DNA of 62,981 nucleotides, filler included, from Octopus bimaculoides (taxonomy: Eukaryota), in assembly GCF_001194135.2 (NCBI RefSeq). It is 4 parts of 4 records of this genome, joined end to end, with 100 filler letters (N's around TTAATTAATTAA, not from the genome) between each part and the next. Parts side by side here need not be neighbours in the genome. Positions count along the whole stretch, not along the records: positions 13,701 to 38,431 come from NC_068987.1; 3 more parts are not named here. One strand, written 5' to 3'. The notes below the pieces were generated by a model that was not told the origin of the DNA, ran no database searches, and worked only from the letters and a program-made list of their open reading frames with translations. Both the position numbers and the translations under genes were made by a program. Below are positions 23,446 to 34,576 of the stretch, piece by piece; the stretch's first letter is position 1, and each line of letters opens with the position of its first letter.

Positions 23446-25430
23446 CTCAGCTTATTGCCAAACTAAATCCATTTCATTCTGAAGCACTTCACAATACGTT
23501 ATGCAAATCTGTGGCATACATGTTAAAAACATCCTATGTCAGACATAAGGGTTATGACATTGAACCCAATTTAGCAGATCGCACACGCACGCACACACTC
23601 ACACACACCACCACCACTACCACCACCATACCATACACAAAATATTGGAAGAAAGAGAAGGAAGGAGAAGGAGAGAGAGAGAGAAGGAAGGAGAAGGAGA
23701 GAGAGAGAGAGAGAGAGAGGAAGGAGGGATAAAAAAGAGAGAGACATTAAAAAAAGCGAAATTCTGTCTCTTCTGTCTCAATATTGGACTGGTTTATTAA
23801 TAAAAATACTGGACTCTTTTATGTCACATTTCAAAATGTCGAACTGTGTTAGTGTTTCCAATACTGGATTGCGTTCAGGTTTCCTGTGCTGGACTGTCTC
23901 AATGCCCCAAATACCGGACTTTATTTAAGAATCTATTACTGAATCAATTAAGGCCAACAAATCACACAGTCGTTAGAGCTCCCAGCTCGGAGGTTTTATG
24001 TCTTGGTTTGGTGCATCTAGAAAGTAAAATAAGAACAAAAGCATACATTCAACAACATACGAATTTCTTCCCTTTGACAACGTGTCGTTGCAATGAAAGG
24101 AAACAAACGGTTCGCCATTATATCCTTCCCAGAGATGGCATTTATACATCACTCTCTCTCTTCTAATTTTTTGTGTGGTGTTTGTGTGTCTGTGTGTTTG
24201 TTTGTGTGTGTGTGTGTCTGTGTTTATGTGTGTGTGTGTGGATGTTTGGGGCGCACTCTCTGCTCAACTGGGTTCAAACTTATAACCTTTAAGTCTAACA
24301 CAGGATGCTTTTAACACGTATGCAACAGAAACATACAGTGTTGTGAATAAGAGCACCAACAACGTATTGTACTTTAGTGAGAATGGTCACTAATTTAAAG
24401 TGTGAAAGTGTTCGCGGAAAAGTCTAGTAAATGTGCTTTTGAGAAGCATGTGTAATGGGAATTAAACAAATAATTTAATTTATTAAATTATTACATGGGC
24501 TAACGATTAAAAAGAGTGTAGCCTGTATGTATGTGAATCAGAGAAAGCATTATAACACGTTTTGAACAATAGATGCAGTTTGGAAGTCGTTACAAGCTAA
24601 TAGGAACGAGACTTGCTTAAACGAAAATATACCGTCCATTACGAGGCAGAGTTGTGGCTGATGTCATCCAGAATTTCGCAGAGCGAAGTTAGAATAAATG
24701 AAATAGGTTGTTCAAGAGGTGAGAAGTCGAGAGTTGATATAACTCAAAGTTAGCTGCGCGAAGTTGGTGATGAAAAACGAAGAGCCGTTCCATGTTGAAA
24801 GAGAGATGCTGCTGGTCCGCCGTCTTTTCGTCAACCGCTCAAAACTCCTGCTTTTCTTCATGGGCACAGAACTGCCTCTAGTATTCATAGGCGTCCAGCC
24901 CTGATTGGCTGGCGTATGCCATAGCACAACGGTTCTACGACGCAACAACAAAAATAACTTTCCTGACTCGCTACAGTATCATCAAGAACCACAACAAAAC
25001 AAACAATGCAACAGTAGGAACAACAGCAACAACTGAGATCAACAGCTGTTGTATTAGGAAGAAAACCAACAGCACCAACAGCAGTCAGAAGAACAGCTAG
25101 TAAGAGCAGCAGTCTTAAGAATTACAACACCATCATCACCGCCGCCGTCACTGTCACTGCTGCCGCCACAACTGCAGCCACTGCCGCCGCTGTTATTTCT
25201 ACCACCATCATCATCATCATCTAAAACAGCAAAATCGACAGTAAAATTGCAGAATCAAGAACAAGAGCAAAAATAGCCATTAATTTCAGCTGTAATAATT
25301 ACAATGATTACACCATCACTCACACAACAACAACAATAACAACAACAACAACAACAACAACAACATTAATGCTTAATAAAGCAGACAATAAGAATGTTAA
25401 ATTATTGTATATTTGATAAACTTTACTGAC

Positions 25431-25580
25431 CTTATTTGCAGGCCAGGTATCCCTAGGGACATCTCTTCGCTGATAGTAATATGCGGCCCCTGACACGTGC
25501 GCTGCTGTCTGTGATAAAATAACAGGATGTCCGGGGCCCAGCATCTTGTAACTAGACAGGAAATCAGTGTCAGGATATAT
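25431..25580 (-). CDS. MMACHC: MMACHC-like paralog B, exon equivalent to human exon 3 ([50 protein letters not shown])
   Basis: Poly-T...aatacag|ATA acceptor, AAG|gtcagt donor. 150 nt, phase 0/0. [21 protein letters not shown].W is nearly identical to the CblC signature [21 protein letters not shown]..DPW. Confidence 0.95.
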
Positions 25581-25787
25581 CTGTATTAAAAAAAAAAAAA
25601 TTAAAACAGGAGTTCAAATCTAAAGCGAAGTGAAGAGGGATTCACATGAACGTGTGTAATAGGGTGTCGTAGGAATCGTTGTGACAGACTACTGTGTAAC
25701 ATATACAATGCGCAATTTACATATTAAATAATATCATTAAAACAGTATTATGAAACATACATTTGTGTAACATATTTTCATATAATA

Positions 25788-26169
25788 TGTTGGCACTCCG
25801 TCGCTTACGACGTCGTGGGTTTCAGTTGATACGATCAACGGAACAGCCTGCTCGTGAAATTAACGTGCAAGTGGCTGAGCACTCCACAGACACGTGTACC
25901 CTTAACGTAGTTCTCGGGGATATTCAGCGTGACACAGTGTGACAAAGCTGACCCTTTGAATTACGGGCACAACAGAAATAGGAAGTAAGAGTGAGAGAAA
26001 GTTGTGGTGAAAGAGTACGGCAGGCTTCGCCACCATCCCCTGCTGGAGCCTCGTGGAGCTTTAGGTGTTTACGCTCAATAAACACTCACAACGCCCGGTC
26101 TGGGAATCGAAACCGTGATCCTATGACCGCGAGTCCGCTGCCCTAACAACTGGGCCATTGCGCCTCCAC
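25788..26169 (-). mobile_element. SINE family A, full length, with a 13-bp TSD, in an intron of copy B
   Basis: TSD ttttcatataata at 25775-25787 and 26170-26182; intact tRNA-like head (gtggaggcgcaatggcccagttg..). Confidence 0.92.
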
Positions 26170-26424
26170 TTTTCATATAATACATCACCAGTAAAAATCC
26201 GGTATACGCAATTCAGGTAGTATTTAATTAAAACAGTCATATATGTATCATATTTAAAGTCGATAGGACAGCTACTACAGTATTTTACCTGAGTTAACAT
26301 CTCTAATGGACTTGCTGTGTTAAAAATAAAATAAAATAAATATTAGAGAGAGACGAAAATTCATCTCAGCAGCAGAGTGTGGGAGCGTTAAGTGCATTTC
26401 GGACACAAGTGCATCTTTCTTTTA

Positions 26425-26610
26425 TCATTTACTTGTTTCAGTCATTAGACTGCAGCCAAACTGGGGCACTGTCTTGAGCTTTTAGTCGAATGGATGAATC
26501 AGCCCCAGTACTTTTTCTATCGGCATTTTTGACGAACCGCTAAGTTACAGGGAGGCAAACACATCAGTACCGGTTGCCAAGCAGTGGTGGTGGTGGGGGA
26601 CAGACACAAA
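26425..26610 (-). mobile_element. SINE family B, 3' half
   Basis: tttacttgtttcagtcatt..gaaccgctaagttacagg..ggttgccaagcagtggtgg. Confidence 0.7.
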
Positions 26611-26754
26611 CACACACACACACACACACACATTTATACATGCATATATGTAAGTATAGTCGTCACTGAAGTGACGGAGGGTGCTAGTCAGCACCAGCAT
26701 TGCTAGAAATAAGAGTTAAAACAACTCTTAGCTACATGAGAACACTTTTCTAAC

Positions 26755-26920
26755 AGTCGGTCCCAAAACTAATCAGTTCGTGTCAGTCATGAGGCCAAAC
26801 ATCTCTGAAAGTTTCATCCGAATCCACCCAGCGGTTCTTGAGATATCTTGTCCACGGACAAACAAACAAACAAACACGACTGTAAACAATACCTCCACCT
26901 TCGCTGAGGCGGAGGTAATA
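26755..26920 (+). mobile_element. Helentron/DINE-like non-autonomous element 3' end
   Basis: (CAAA)n tract followed by terminal hairpin acctccacct-tcgctg-aggcggaggt and taataa; this architecture is typical of DINE-1/HINE elements. Confidence 0.45.
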
Positions 26921-28663
26921 ATAATAATCATAATTTCTTATATAACGAAAAGATGGATTTAGTATTAATCTTTATTTTGTACAACGCTCGTTTCGACCCA
27001 TCCTGCTACTGTCTCTTATGGGTGGGACTCCTTTTCACCATGTTGTGTTGCATCAATTTCGCAGTCTGGGTTTCATCAGGTACATAAAAGTTTGTGTCTC
27101 GCTAAAGATCCTGAGTTATGGCTGTCATGTTGTTCTATGCCCATCTAGTTAGGGAATGAAGCATCGCTACAATATTCTGTTACTATTATCTTTTTCAATA
27201 AGTGTTGCAAACACTTGTAAATATAATAATTGTTGATTAAAAAAATAAGTCAGTAGGGGAAATTAATAGAAGAGTAGGGATGGATTGAATTGTTGCAGGC
27301 GTAAAATTTCATTAAAAGATATCCTTTTTTTCTGAAAGTTATGATGGAAAAAATCGGATCGTGTGAATTTTCCAAATGTTCTCTCTCCACATTCGTTTGC
27401 GCAAATCTTGGTTTTCATATTCGTTTTCTACACGTTTTTTTTTTTACACCTATTAGACTATTTTTTTTTTTTTTTCGTTTTGGTGACCGGGCGCTAAACT
27501 AGATCCTGAAAGTTAAGGGTGAATAAAACGGATTGTGTGAACTTTCCGACAGTCCTCTCCCCACCCCTTCGGAAAAAACATTTTCAAGCATCTTAACTAT
27601 TGTCAGTACTGGATACCAAGTGCGACAACTCTGAAATGACTTGGAATTGCCTGAAACAAGAATTTTTCTCCATGGCAAAATGTAGTGGAAACGGTCTTTT
27701 TACCAGTCAAATGTTTCAAACATATTTGGATTAATCTGAAAGTTTGTTGATTCCACAGCACAGCTTCGTGTCTCTACTATATAATCTGCATAGTCTGAGC
27801 ATGAAAGAAAGAGCCAAGAGACTGAAATTTTGGGAAAGAAGGATTGGGTGTAAAAAAAATTGGTGTTTGGACTGAAGCGTACAGATATTGGCAAAGGAAA
27901 TATAAAATTATCTACGAGTCGTTTTTTTGTTTGGTTCTTGCGTCAGTTCAGTCATGATTGAGCCGAATTATGCTCCAGATGTGAGCATCCCGGTCATTTT
28001 TTCCCCCAGAAACAATGTATCTAGATCACCCTGATCCAGTGTCCCTCCACTATTTAGGTGGTATGGAAATTTGGTTACTATTTCTGACAGGTCGAGTGAC
28101 CAAGTATAGGCTCCCTTTTTATTAAACTTTAATGTAGATGTAGTTAGCCCTTTTATATGATTAAGGACATTCTAGCTGTGACTATAATGTCAACATAAGA
28201 ACATACTATCAGATACGCTTTTTTTTAAAGCACGATTGGGTATTATTTAACCTTTTATCAGTCTTGTGTATCATATGTGATATATTTTCCCGGTGTCCTG
28301 CATCATACTTGATACACATTCCCAATTCTTTTCAACCGTTAGAGTAACTTGGGAACTAATGAAAGGAAAGATTGCTATTACTCAGAACAAGGATTAACTA
28401 AAAGTCTGGAAACAAGCATGGACATTTAGGACAAACTTATGAAAATGCTTTGGACAAGCAGGCTTAAGCGAGATCCATCTGCTGTTTCTGAAGGTCCAGC
28501 AAATACATAATAAACTTTTATGGAAAAACAAAATGGGAAAATTGTGACGTCCATGCTGCTTTTTGTAAAGTTAACTGATTTTTATCAATGAATTGGTTTC
28601 AGTCTAAACACCCCACCGATGAACAGAGCACTAATCGTAAATGTGAAATATTTAGAGACTTAC

Positions 28664-28870
28664 AGCAAAGAATTTCTTGAAATACTTTTGGTTACAGTTA
28701 TCAGTCGGGTCCCCGTCTAGGAGAACGGTAACATTTGATTCACAAATACATGGAATCAATGTTTTCTCGAACATATCTGGTGCTGCAACAACAGTTAGGG
28801 CCAGTGTATTTTTAGGGTAATTCAAGCGGAACATTCGTTTCATTGATTTAATTTCGTTGTAGCATCTCAC
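28664..28870 (-). CDS. MMACHC: MMACHC-like paralog B, exon equivalent to human exon 2 (VRCYNEIKSMKRMFRLNYPKNTLALTVVAAPDMFEKTLIPCICESNVTVLLDGDPTDNCNQKYFKKFFA)
   Basis: Minus-strand acceptor ttcttttatccag|GTG, donor GCT|gtaagt. 207 nt, phase 0/0. YNE, TLA, PDMF and DPTDNC match human YNE, TLA, PAMF and DPVDQC. Confidence 0.9.
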
Positions 28871-29427
28871 CTGGATAAAAGAATAATATATATATAGAAT
28901 TCAGGTAATATCTCGTTTGAAGAAGTAATAGGTATATGCAATTAATGCTTAAGTTGATTTACTGCCTAAAACTCGAACTTGAACTGAATTGTAAGGATAT
29001 TGGTATTATAGCTGGCTAATGACGATTGGATATAGTCTGTTTATCAGTTGAAAAGGTACATTATTAATAGAATAAAAGTATGAATAAGCAAACAAGGGTT
29101 AAGTTGTTACATAAGTACAGGTCATAAAGAGGAAGTAAGTAAGAAGGAGTGCAGATACTCTCCTGAAAATGCTTCAAGAATAGATGCGCGGATAGTGTAT
29201 TTCTTTGAAATGAAAGATAGGCTACCATATAATAGCAATCTTTTCCAACATCGGAGGGAGAATATTGTAACAGACTTTGATCTACTACTAGTATGAAATA
29301 TCTTAGTAGTAGTATTATTAAAATTATCTCCAGACACATATACATATAGACGTTTAACTATACATACATACATACATGCATGCATGCATGCATACAGATA
29401 GATATATGCATGCGTATGTAGAAGTAG

Positions 29428-29682
29428 GAGCACTCCGTCGGTTACGACGATAAGGGTCCCAGCTGATACGGAACAGCTTGCTCGTGAAATTAACGTGCAA
29501 GTGGGAGAGCAATCCACAGACACGTGAACCCTTAACGTAGTTCTCAAGGAGATTCAGCGGGACACAGAGTGTGACAAGGCCGGCCCTTTGAAATACAGGT
29601 ACTACTCATTTTTGCCAGCTGAATGGACTGGAGCAACGTGAAATAAAGTGTCTTGCTCAAGGACACAACGCGTCCTTAAGGA
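29428..29682 (-). mobile_element. SINE family A variant with an alternative 5' segment (headless)
   Basis: The 3' part is family A (..tttcaaagggccggccttgtcacac..gtgcc). The 5' part is gttgtgtccttgagcaagacactttatttcacgttgctccagtcc instead of the family A head. Confidence 0.7.
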
Positions 29683-30445
29683 ACGAAGGGATCGAAGCTG
29701 CGCGACGACGCAACCTTCGTTTTTGGCGTTGAGGTGTTGGTCGAGGGCCATCCTCGCAGCCAACACGTTGGTTGCACTGCCAGTTGTAAGTGCCTCTTCT
29801 AGTTTCTTAACTAAGTCTCCCTCTACTCTATTTCGATCTATCACTAATTCTTTACTAAACCTAATAGATTCCGATTTAATTACCATTTTTAGGGCAAACT
29901 ACCAGCGGTTGTTAACGATGGCTCCTGTTAACGCCCTCTTAATTAACTCGCTAATCCGGTTCCTGTAAACCTGCCGCGCTAAGAGCGAAGCGTTGAGTTT
30001 CCAGTAACCGGGACCCTGCCTATGTGTCTTATCTAAGTCGAGCGTACACGTCACAAATTTGTGATCTGTGTAGCTGAATATTTTAAATTGTGGACATCCT
30101 ACACTATCTCTATCCGCTGTCCTACATAGAACTCTATCTAGATACGACCTCGACGACCCGACGCGGTTTGTTCAAGTCCACGTTGGCACGTTCGGATAGT
30201 CGAGTCGGAACCTGTCAGACAAATGGAAGCGTTAAGGACGGTGCATACACTGCCATCAGACGGAAAGCACACCCGTTTGTGCCATCGACGTCCAAGACAA
30301 CCAGCCTACCCTCCAGGTCTAGGAATATTGGCCTTACTTTTAGGTTTAGACTCTTCTGAAAAAGCACCGCGGTACCACCACCACCACCCATGTTTGGCAG
30401 ACAGGGAGAGAAATAAATGTCGAATTTTTTAGATAGGAATTTTTG
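29683..30445 (-). mobile_element. Tx1/L1-clade LINE ORF2 fragment, APE endonuclease region
   Basis: DIYFSPC..GGGGTAVLF..DLEGRLVVLDV..RLMAVYAP, then SYLDRVL..SYTDHKFV..GPGYWKLNASLL. Internal stops and deletions. Confidence 0.85.
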
Positions 30446-32123
30446 GAACCCCACTACCGCATTTGGATAGAGGGATTTGAGTGTGTGGTGCTGTGTTGGT
30501 GTCAGGTGTATTATTTTAATATGTTCTGGTGGTGTTGTTCGTGGGTGATTGTTAGTTTTGAAGTCACTGTGGCTATTTGCCATTCTACTGGACTTTCATC
30601 GTTAGACGAAAAGTCCGACGGATCAGAAGCGGGTAAGGGCAAGGCATCAGATTCTATGTGTGTACTTTTAGACGTTGTTATATTGTGTGGTGTGTGTGTT
30701 GTTGGGGAATTAGGGTTAGTATTTGTTTTTTTTCATTGGTATTTGTTTTCTTGGTTGTTGTTCTTGGTACTGGTGTTGGTCTATCTTATGATGTTGGTGG
30801 TGGTGTTGTTTCTCTAGTTGGTTTCGGTGTTGGAGGTAATTGTGATGGTGTTGTTTCTCTTCTTGATGCTGATGGTGATGTCGTTTGGTTTTGTTTGTTG
30901 GTTTGTTGCTCTTGACGAGATTCCATTTTTATAAAATATATTTCTTGGATCATTCGTGGGTTTGGTGGTGTTGGTAGCAAAGGTTGTCTTCTATTTGTTG
31001 GGTGTTTTGATTGTAATTGTTCTCCTTGTTGTTTTTTTTGTGTGCCAAAATGCACTTTGCTATTAAGTGGTCCGGGCTGCCGCAGAGGTAGCAACGTGGT
31101 TTTTTCCCCTCCGCCATCACATAGAAGCTTTGTCCGTTCTCGAGTTGGATCACATTTGGCAATTTTTCGATCGAATCTTGATCCATTTGGATCGTGATTT
31201 CGATCGATTTGCCCGGCCAATTATCATGATGGACAACAATGATTTCTAGAATGTTTATTGTTTTCAAATGAAAACATATCGCCGATGTGATCCACTTCGA
31301 TTCAATTTCAGGAGGGACATTTTTTATTTTTATTTTGCTTACCCTCTGTCCCATGTAGTATGGGACCATGACGAGTTCGTCATTTTGTAAGGCTTGCGTA
31401 GAGTGTTGGTTTGCCTCTTCCTGATTATGGAAGCGGACCTGTACAGTTTTATACTGGGGACCCCAGTTTATGTACTCTTTTATTTTCATAATCGGTTTAG
31501 CACATTTTTCTACATCTGTTTTTGCGATTTGTTCTGTTGATTTTTGGGTCTTTCTTATTATTTTGTACATGATTGTCCTTTTATCAACTTCCTCTCTAAC
31601 GCAAGGGTTTTCAAACTTTTTGACTTGCGGACCCCTTTATATTTCAGTCTTTACCTTATAAACGCTTACAAAATTTATACATAAATATTTGCTTAAAATA
31701 ACATATATTTTTACATTTATTTATTTAACAGTATTTAACAAATAGGTTTATTGTCAATTAAAAGATTTCGATTAAAAAAGATATATAAAATCAAATTGCC
31801 CATAAAAAGTATTTGCTGTCCACGGACCCCCTGTCTTGTCCTTGCGGACCCCCTGTGGTACGCGGACCACAGTTTGAAAACTCCTGCTCTAACGTGTTGT
31901 GGTGTGTGTAGTATTAAATTTTGCCCGGATGTTGTGAAAAGTGACCTGGTCTCTAGCAGTTCTTCAATTGTGAAATGTAAAATTTCTTTTGTTTTTGTTT
32001 TTTCATGTCTGCAAATTTTGCTGAACTTCTCTTTGTAATGTTGTCGTTGTGGGTGTTGGTGGTTGTCGCAGCAAAATTGGTGTTAGAGTAGTTGGCTTCG
32101 TGACCATAGTGCTCTTTTTGTTG

Positions 32124-32155
<32 letters not shown>

Positions 32156-32600
32156 AATGTTTGTATCGGCGATACCAGAAACAGTGGATGGTGCATTCTT
32201 AATAGTATTAATATCTTCACCAGTAATAGGCGAGATATTCAATTCAGGCGAATCCGCATGCACAATTGTAGCGATAGTATTGATGTTGTTGTTATTATTC
32301 TCGTTGTTGTTGTTGTTAACGGTTGTTGTGGTAGTGGTGGTAGTGGTGGTGGTGGTGATGACAGGGCTGACAACGGTCGTGGAATTATTATTCACGGCAT
32401 TGACAGCAATTTCTTTTTCAGCGCTTGCTTTAGATTGTGCGCGTTCGAAAGATTCATTCTTTTTTCCCTCCATCACTCCTAGGCTGCGAAAACGTTCATC
32501 CATGAACGACGCCGACCAGCGCTCCACAATCAAATTTCTTGACATTTTTAAAATCGAGAAAGAAGAGTCGATACTAGAAAAGTGATGAAACTGCCCCAAG
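30446..32600 (-). mobile_element. Tx1/L1-clade LINE ORF1 (gag-like, CCHC knuckle), interrupted by a hAT MITE
   Basis: ORF 30950-31570 contains KPRCYLCGSPDHLIAKC (CX2CX4HX4C) and aligns with the ORF1 at 36140-37352; N/T-rich low-complexity N- and C-terminal parts. Confidence 0.8.
31602..31886. mobile_element. hAT (Charlie-like) MITE, 285 bp, with an 8-bp TSD
   Basis: TIRs caagggttttcaaact / agtttgaaaactcctg; TSD ctctaacg at 31594-31601 and 31887-31894. Confidence 0.9.
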
Positions 32601-32962
32601 GGGGCCTATTCCACCCTTAAAAATACCGAAACGAAAGTTGGGCGCTTCAGGCACTTCGAAAGCAAAAATGGGATCTATTNNNNNNNNNNNNNNNNNNNNN
32701 NNNNNNNNNNNNNNNNNNNNNNNNNNNNNNNNNNNNNNNNNNNNNNNNNNNNNNNNNNNNNNNNNNNNNNNNNNNNNNNNNNNNNNNNNNNNNNNNNNNN
32801 NNNNNNNNNNNNNNNNNNNNNNNNNNNNNNNNNNNNNNNNNNNNNNNNNNNNNNNNNNNNNNNNNNNNNNNNAATTCTATCGGCGATAAAATTATTATTT
32901 CCTTGTCAAAAAATGGCTGAAGCATATTGGCAGTAGCTAATAAACCTTTCTATTATAGGCTA

Positions 32963-32996
32963 ACCCTAACCCTAACTCTAGGGTTAGGGTTAGGGT
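32963..32996. repeat. Short palindromic telomere-like repeat (CCCTAA)3-(TTAGGG)3
   Basis: accctaaccctaactct|agggttagggttagggt, 17-bp arms with one mismatch. Confidence 0.9.
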
Positions 32997-33899
32997 AAAA
33001 CAGCAAATTTAAAAAGAAAAAAGCAAATAAAACGAAGAAAAAAAAAGAAAATGAAAAAAGCAAATTTAAAATGAAAAAAGCAAATAAAACGAAGCTATGG
33101 AGATTAAATACGCTTTACACCGCTTAATCAGCCAAAGGAGTAAATATAAACAACTGAATACTTGTCAGTGATTGGTTGAAATTATCGAAATAAGACAATT
33201 TTTTACATGAAATATCTTTGTTCAGTGAAACGTTAGGCAGACGATACGACAACACGTCAGACGTTAGACTTTCTCGACATTTGTGAGAGCCGGGAAAGAA
33301 AAAATAGATATTAAAATAGGGCTGAAATTGCCCATGGGGGAAAATTCCCCCATAAAATAACTTCGAATACAAAATTTGTATCTGTTCTATAACACAAAAT
33401 ATACAAGTATACGAAGTTTGAAAGTGTTTCGTGTGCGAAAATTTAAAACAAAACTTATTCAATAAACTGTAAAAAAGGCGATTACCTGAAGAGCCGATGC
33501 AATAACACGATAGATAGATAGGTAGATAGATAAGACAAAATAGGATTTTTATTGTTTGTGAATGATCGTTCCTCCCAAACACTACTCCCACTTATCAGAA
33601 AGTATATTAAACCAGGAACAAACGCAGATTCAAAAGTATGATGGGGGTACACTAAATCCCCTCTTCCAATTTACAGTTTACACATATTTATACATGTGAA
33701 GGGTTTTATTTTTTATCGCGAGTGCCACTGACTTGCGCGTGTACACGCGTCTGTCTACTGATTAGCGCGGGTTCGCGCGTAGGGTCCACTCTTCTTGAGT
33801 AGTATCGTTTGTGTATAAGAGGCCAACCGAACTTGAAGTGCACTGAGCACCACCACACCATAGTTTAAATCCGGCCCTGGTGGAATCGGAGGAAAATGT

Positions 33900-33955
<56 letters not shown>

Positions 33956-34020
33956 GTGGGTGAGTAGAGAAGATGTATAATAAAACACTATGGCCAAATG
34001 CATCACGTGGTTAGTTGAAG

Positions 34021-34138
34021 AGAGAAGTGAAGAGCGAGAGAAGTGAAGAGCGAGAGAAGTGAAGAGCGAGAGAAGTGAAGAGCGAGAGAAGTGAAGAGCG
34101 AGAGAAGTGAAGAGCGAGAGAAGTGAAGAGCGAGAGAA
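34021..34138. repeat. 16-bp minisatellite (agagaagtgaagagcg), about 7 copies
   Basis: Directly visible, near-perfect units. Confidence 0.9.
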
Positions 34139-34469
34139 AAGTGTTAATGACGTGCTGTTGGGTGGGAAGGGAAATGTGAAGAGATAGAGAAACGTTAAAG
34201 ATATGAAGGGAGGAATTTGCATGGTTAAAAGTTTGTTTAAGAGGTAGAGACAAAGAGAAAAATACAAAGTGCTTAAATCATGAGATATTAGTGTGACGGG
34301 AAGTGAAATATATTGGCAAAATAAAAATCCTATTTCTTTCTTTCTTTCTTTCTTTCTTAAATAGCTTCTCTTAATCATTTTCGTTCTGTGGAATTTCCAC
34401 ATTTTTCTACTAAAGGCTCAAGGCCCGTTTGGGCAGCAATTTTGGGAGAGAGGATGCGACGATTATATC

Positions 34470-34576
34470 AACCCCAGTGTTCGACGGGTACTTTTTTTTA
34501 TCGACCACGAAAGGATGGAAGGCAAAGTCGACCTCGGCGTTATTTGAACTCAGAACGTAGCGACGGACGAAATACC
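34470..34576 (-). mobile_element. Family C SINE, 3' part (its 5' part is at 37353-37412)
   Basis: Joining 37412-37353 with 34565-34470 gives ggcgtgctgacagattcgttagtgcaccggatgaaatgcttagcggtatttcgtc-cgtcgctacgttctgagttcaaat.., a contiguous family C sequence. Confidence 0.85.

Noticed and set aside
24712-24951. GC-richer 79-aa ORF in an intron of copy B
   Set aside because: No recognisable domain or splice context in any frame.
29226-29345. Minus-strand ORF ending ..SDVGKDCYYM|gtagcc as exon 1 of copy B
   Set aside because: Only faint resemblance to GFEVYPF, a weak donor, and a start inside a microsatellite; cannot be supported without transcripts.
32963-32996. Telomere-telomere fusion scar
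   Set aside because: Orientation is CCCTAA then TTAGGG, the reverse of a head-to-head fusion, and there are only three units per arm.
34021-34138. CRISPR-like or coding repeat
   Set aside because: Head-to-tail 16-bp units without spacers in eukaryotic DNA; an ordinary minisatellite.
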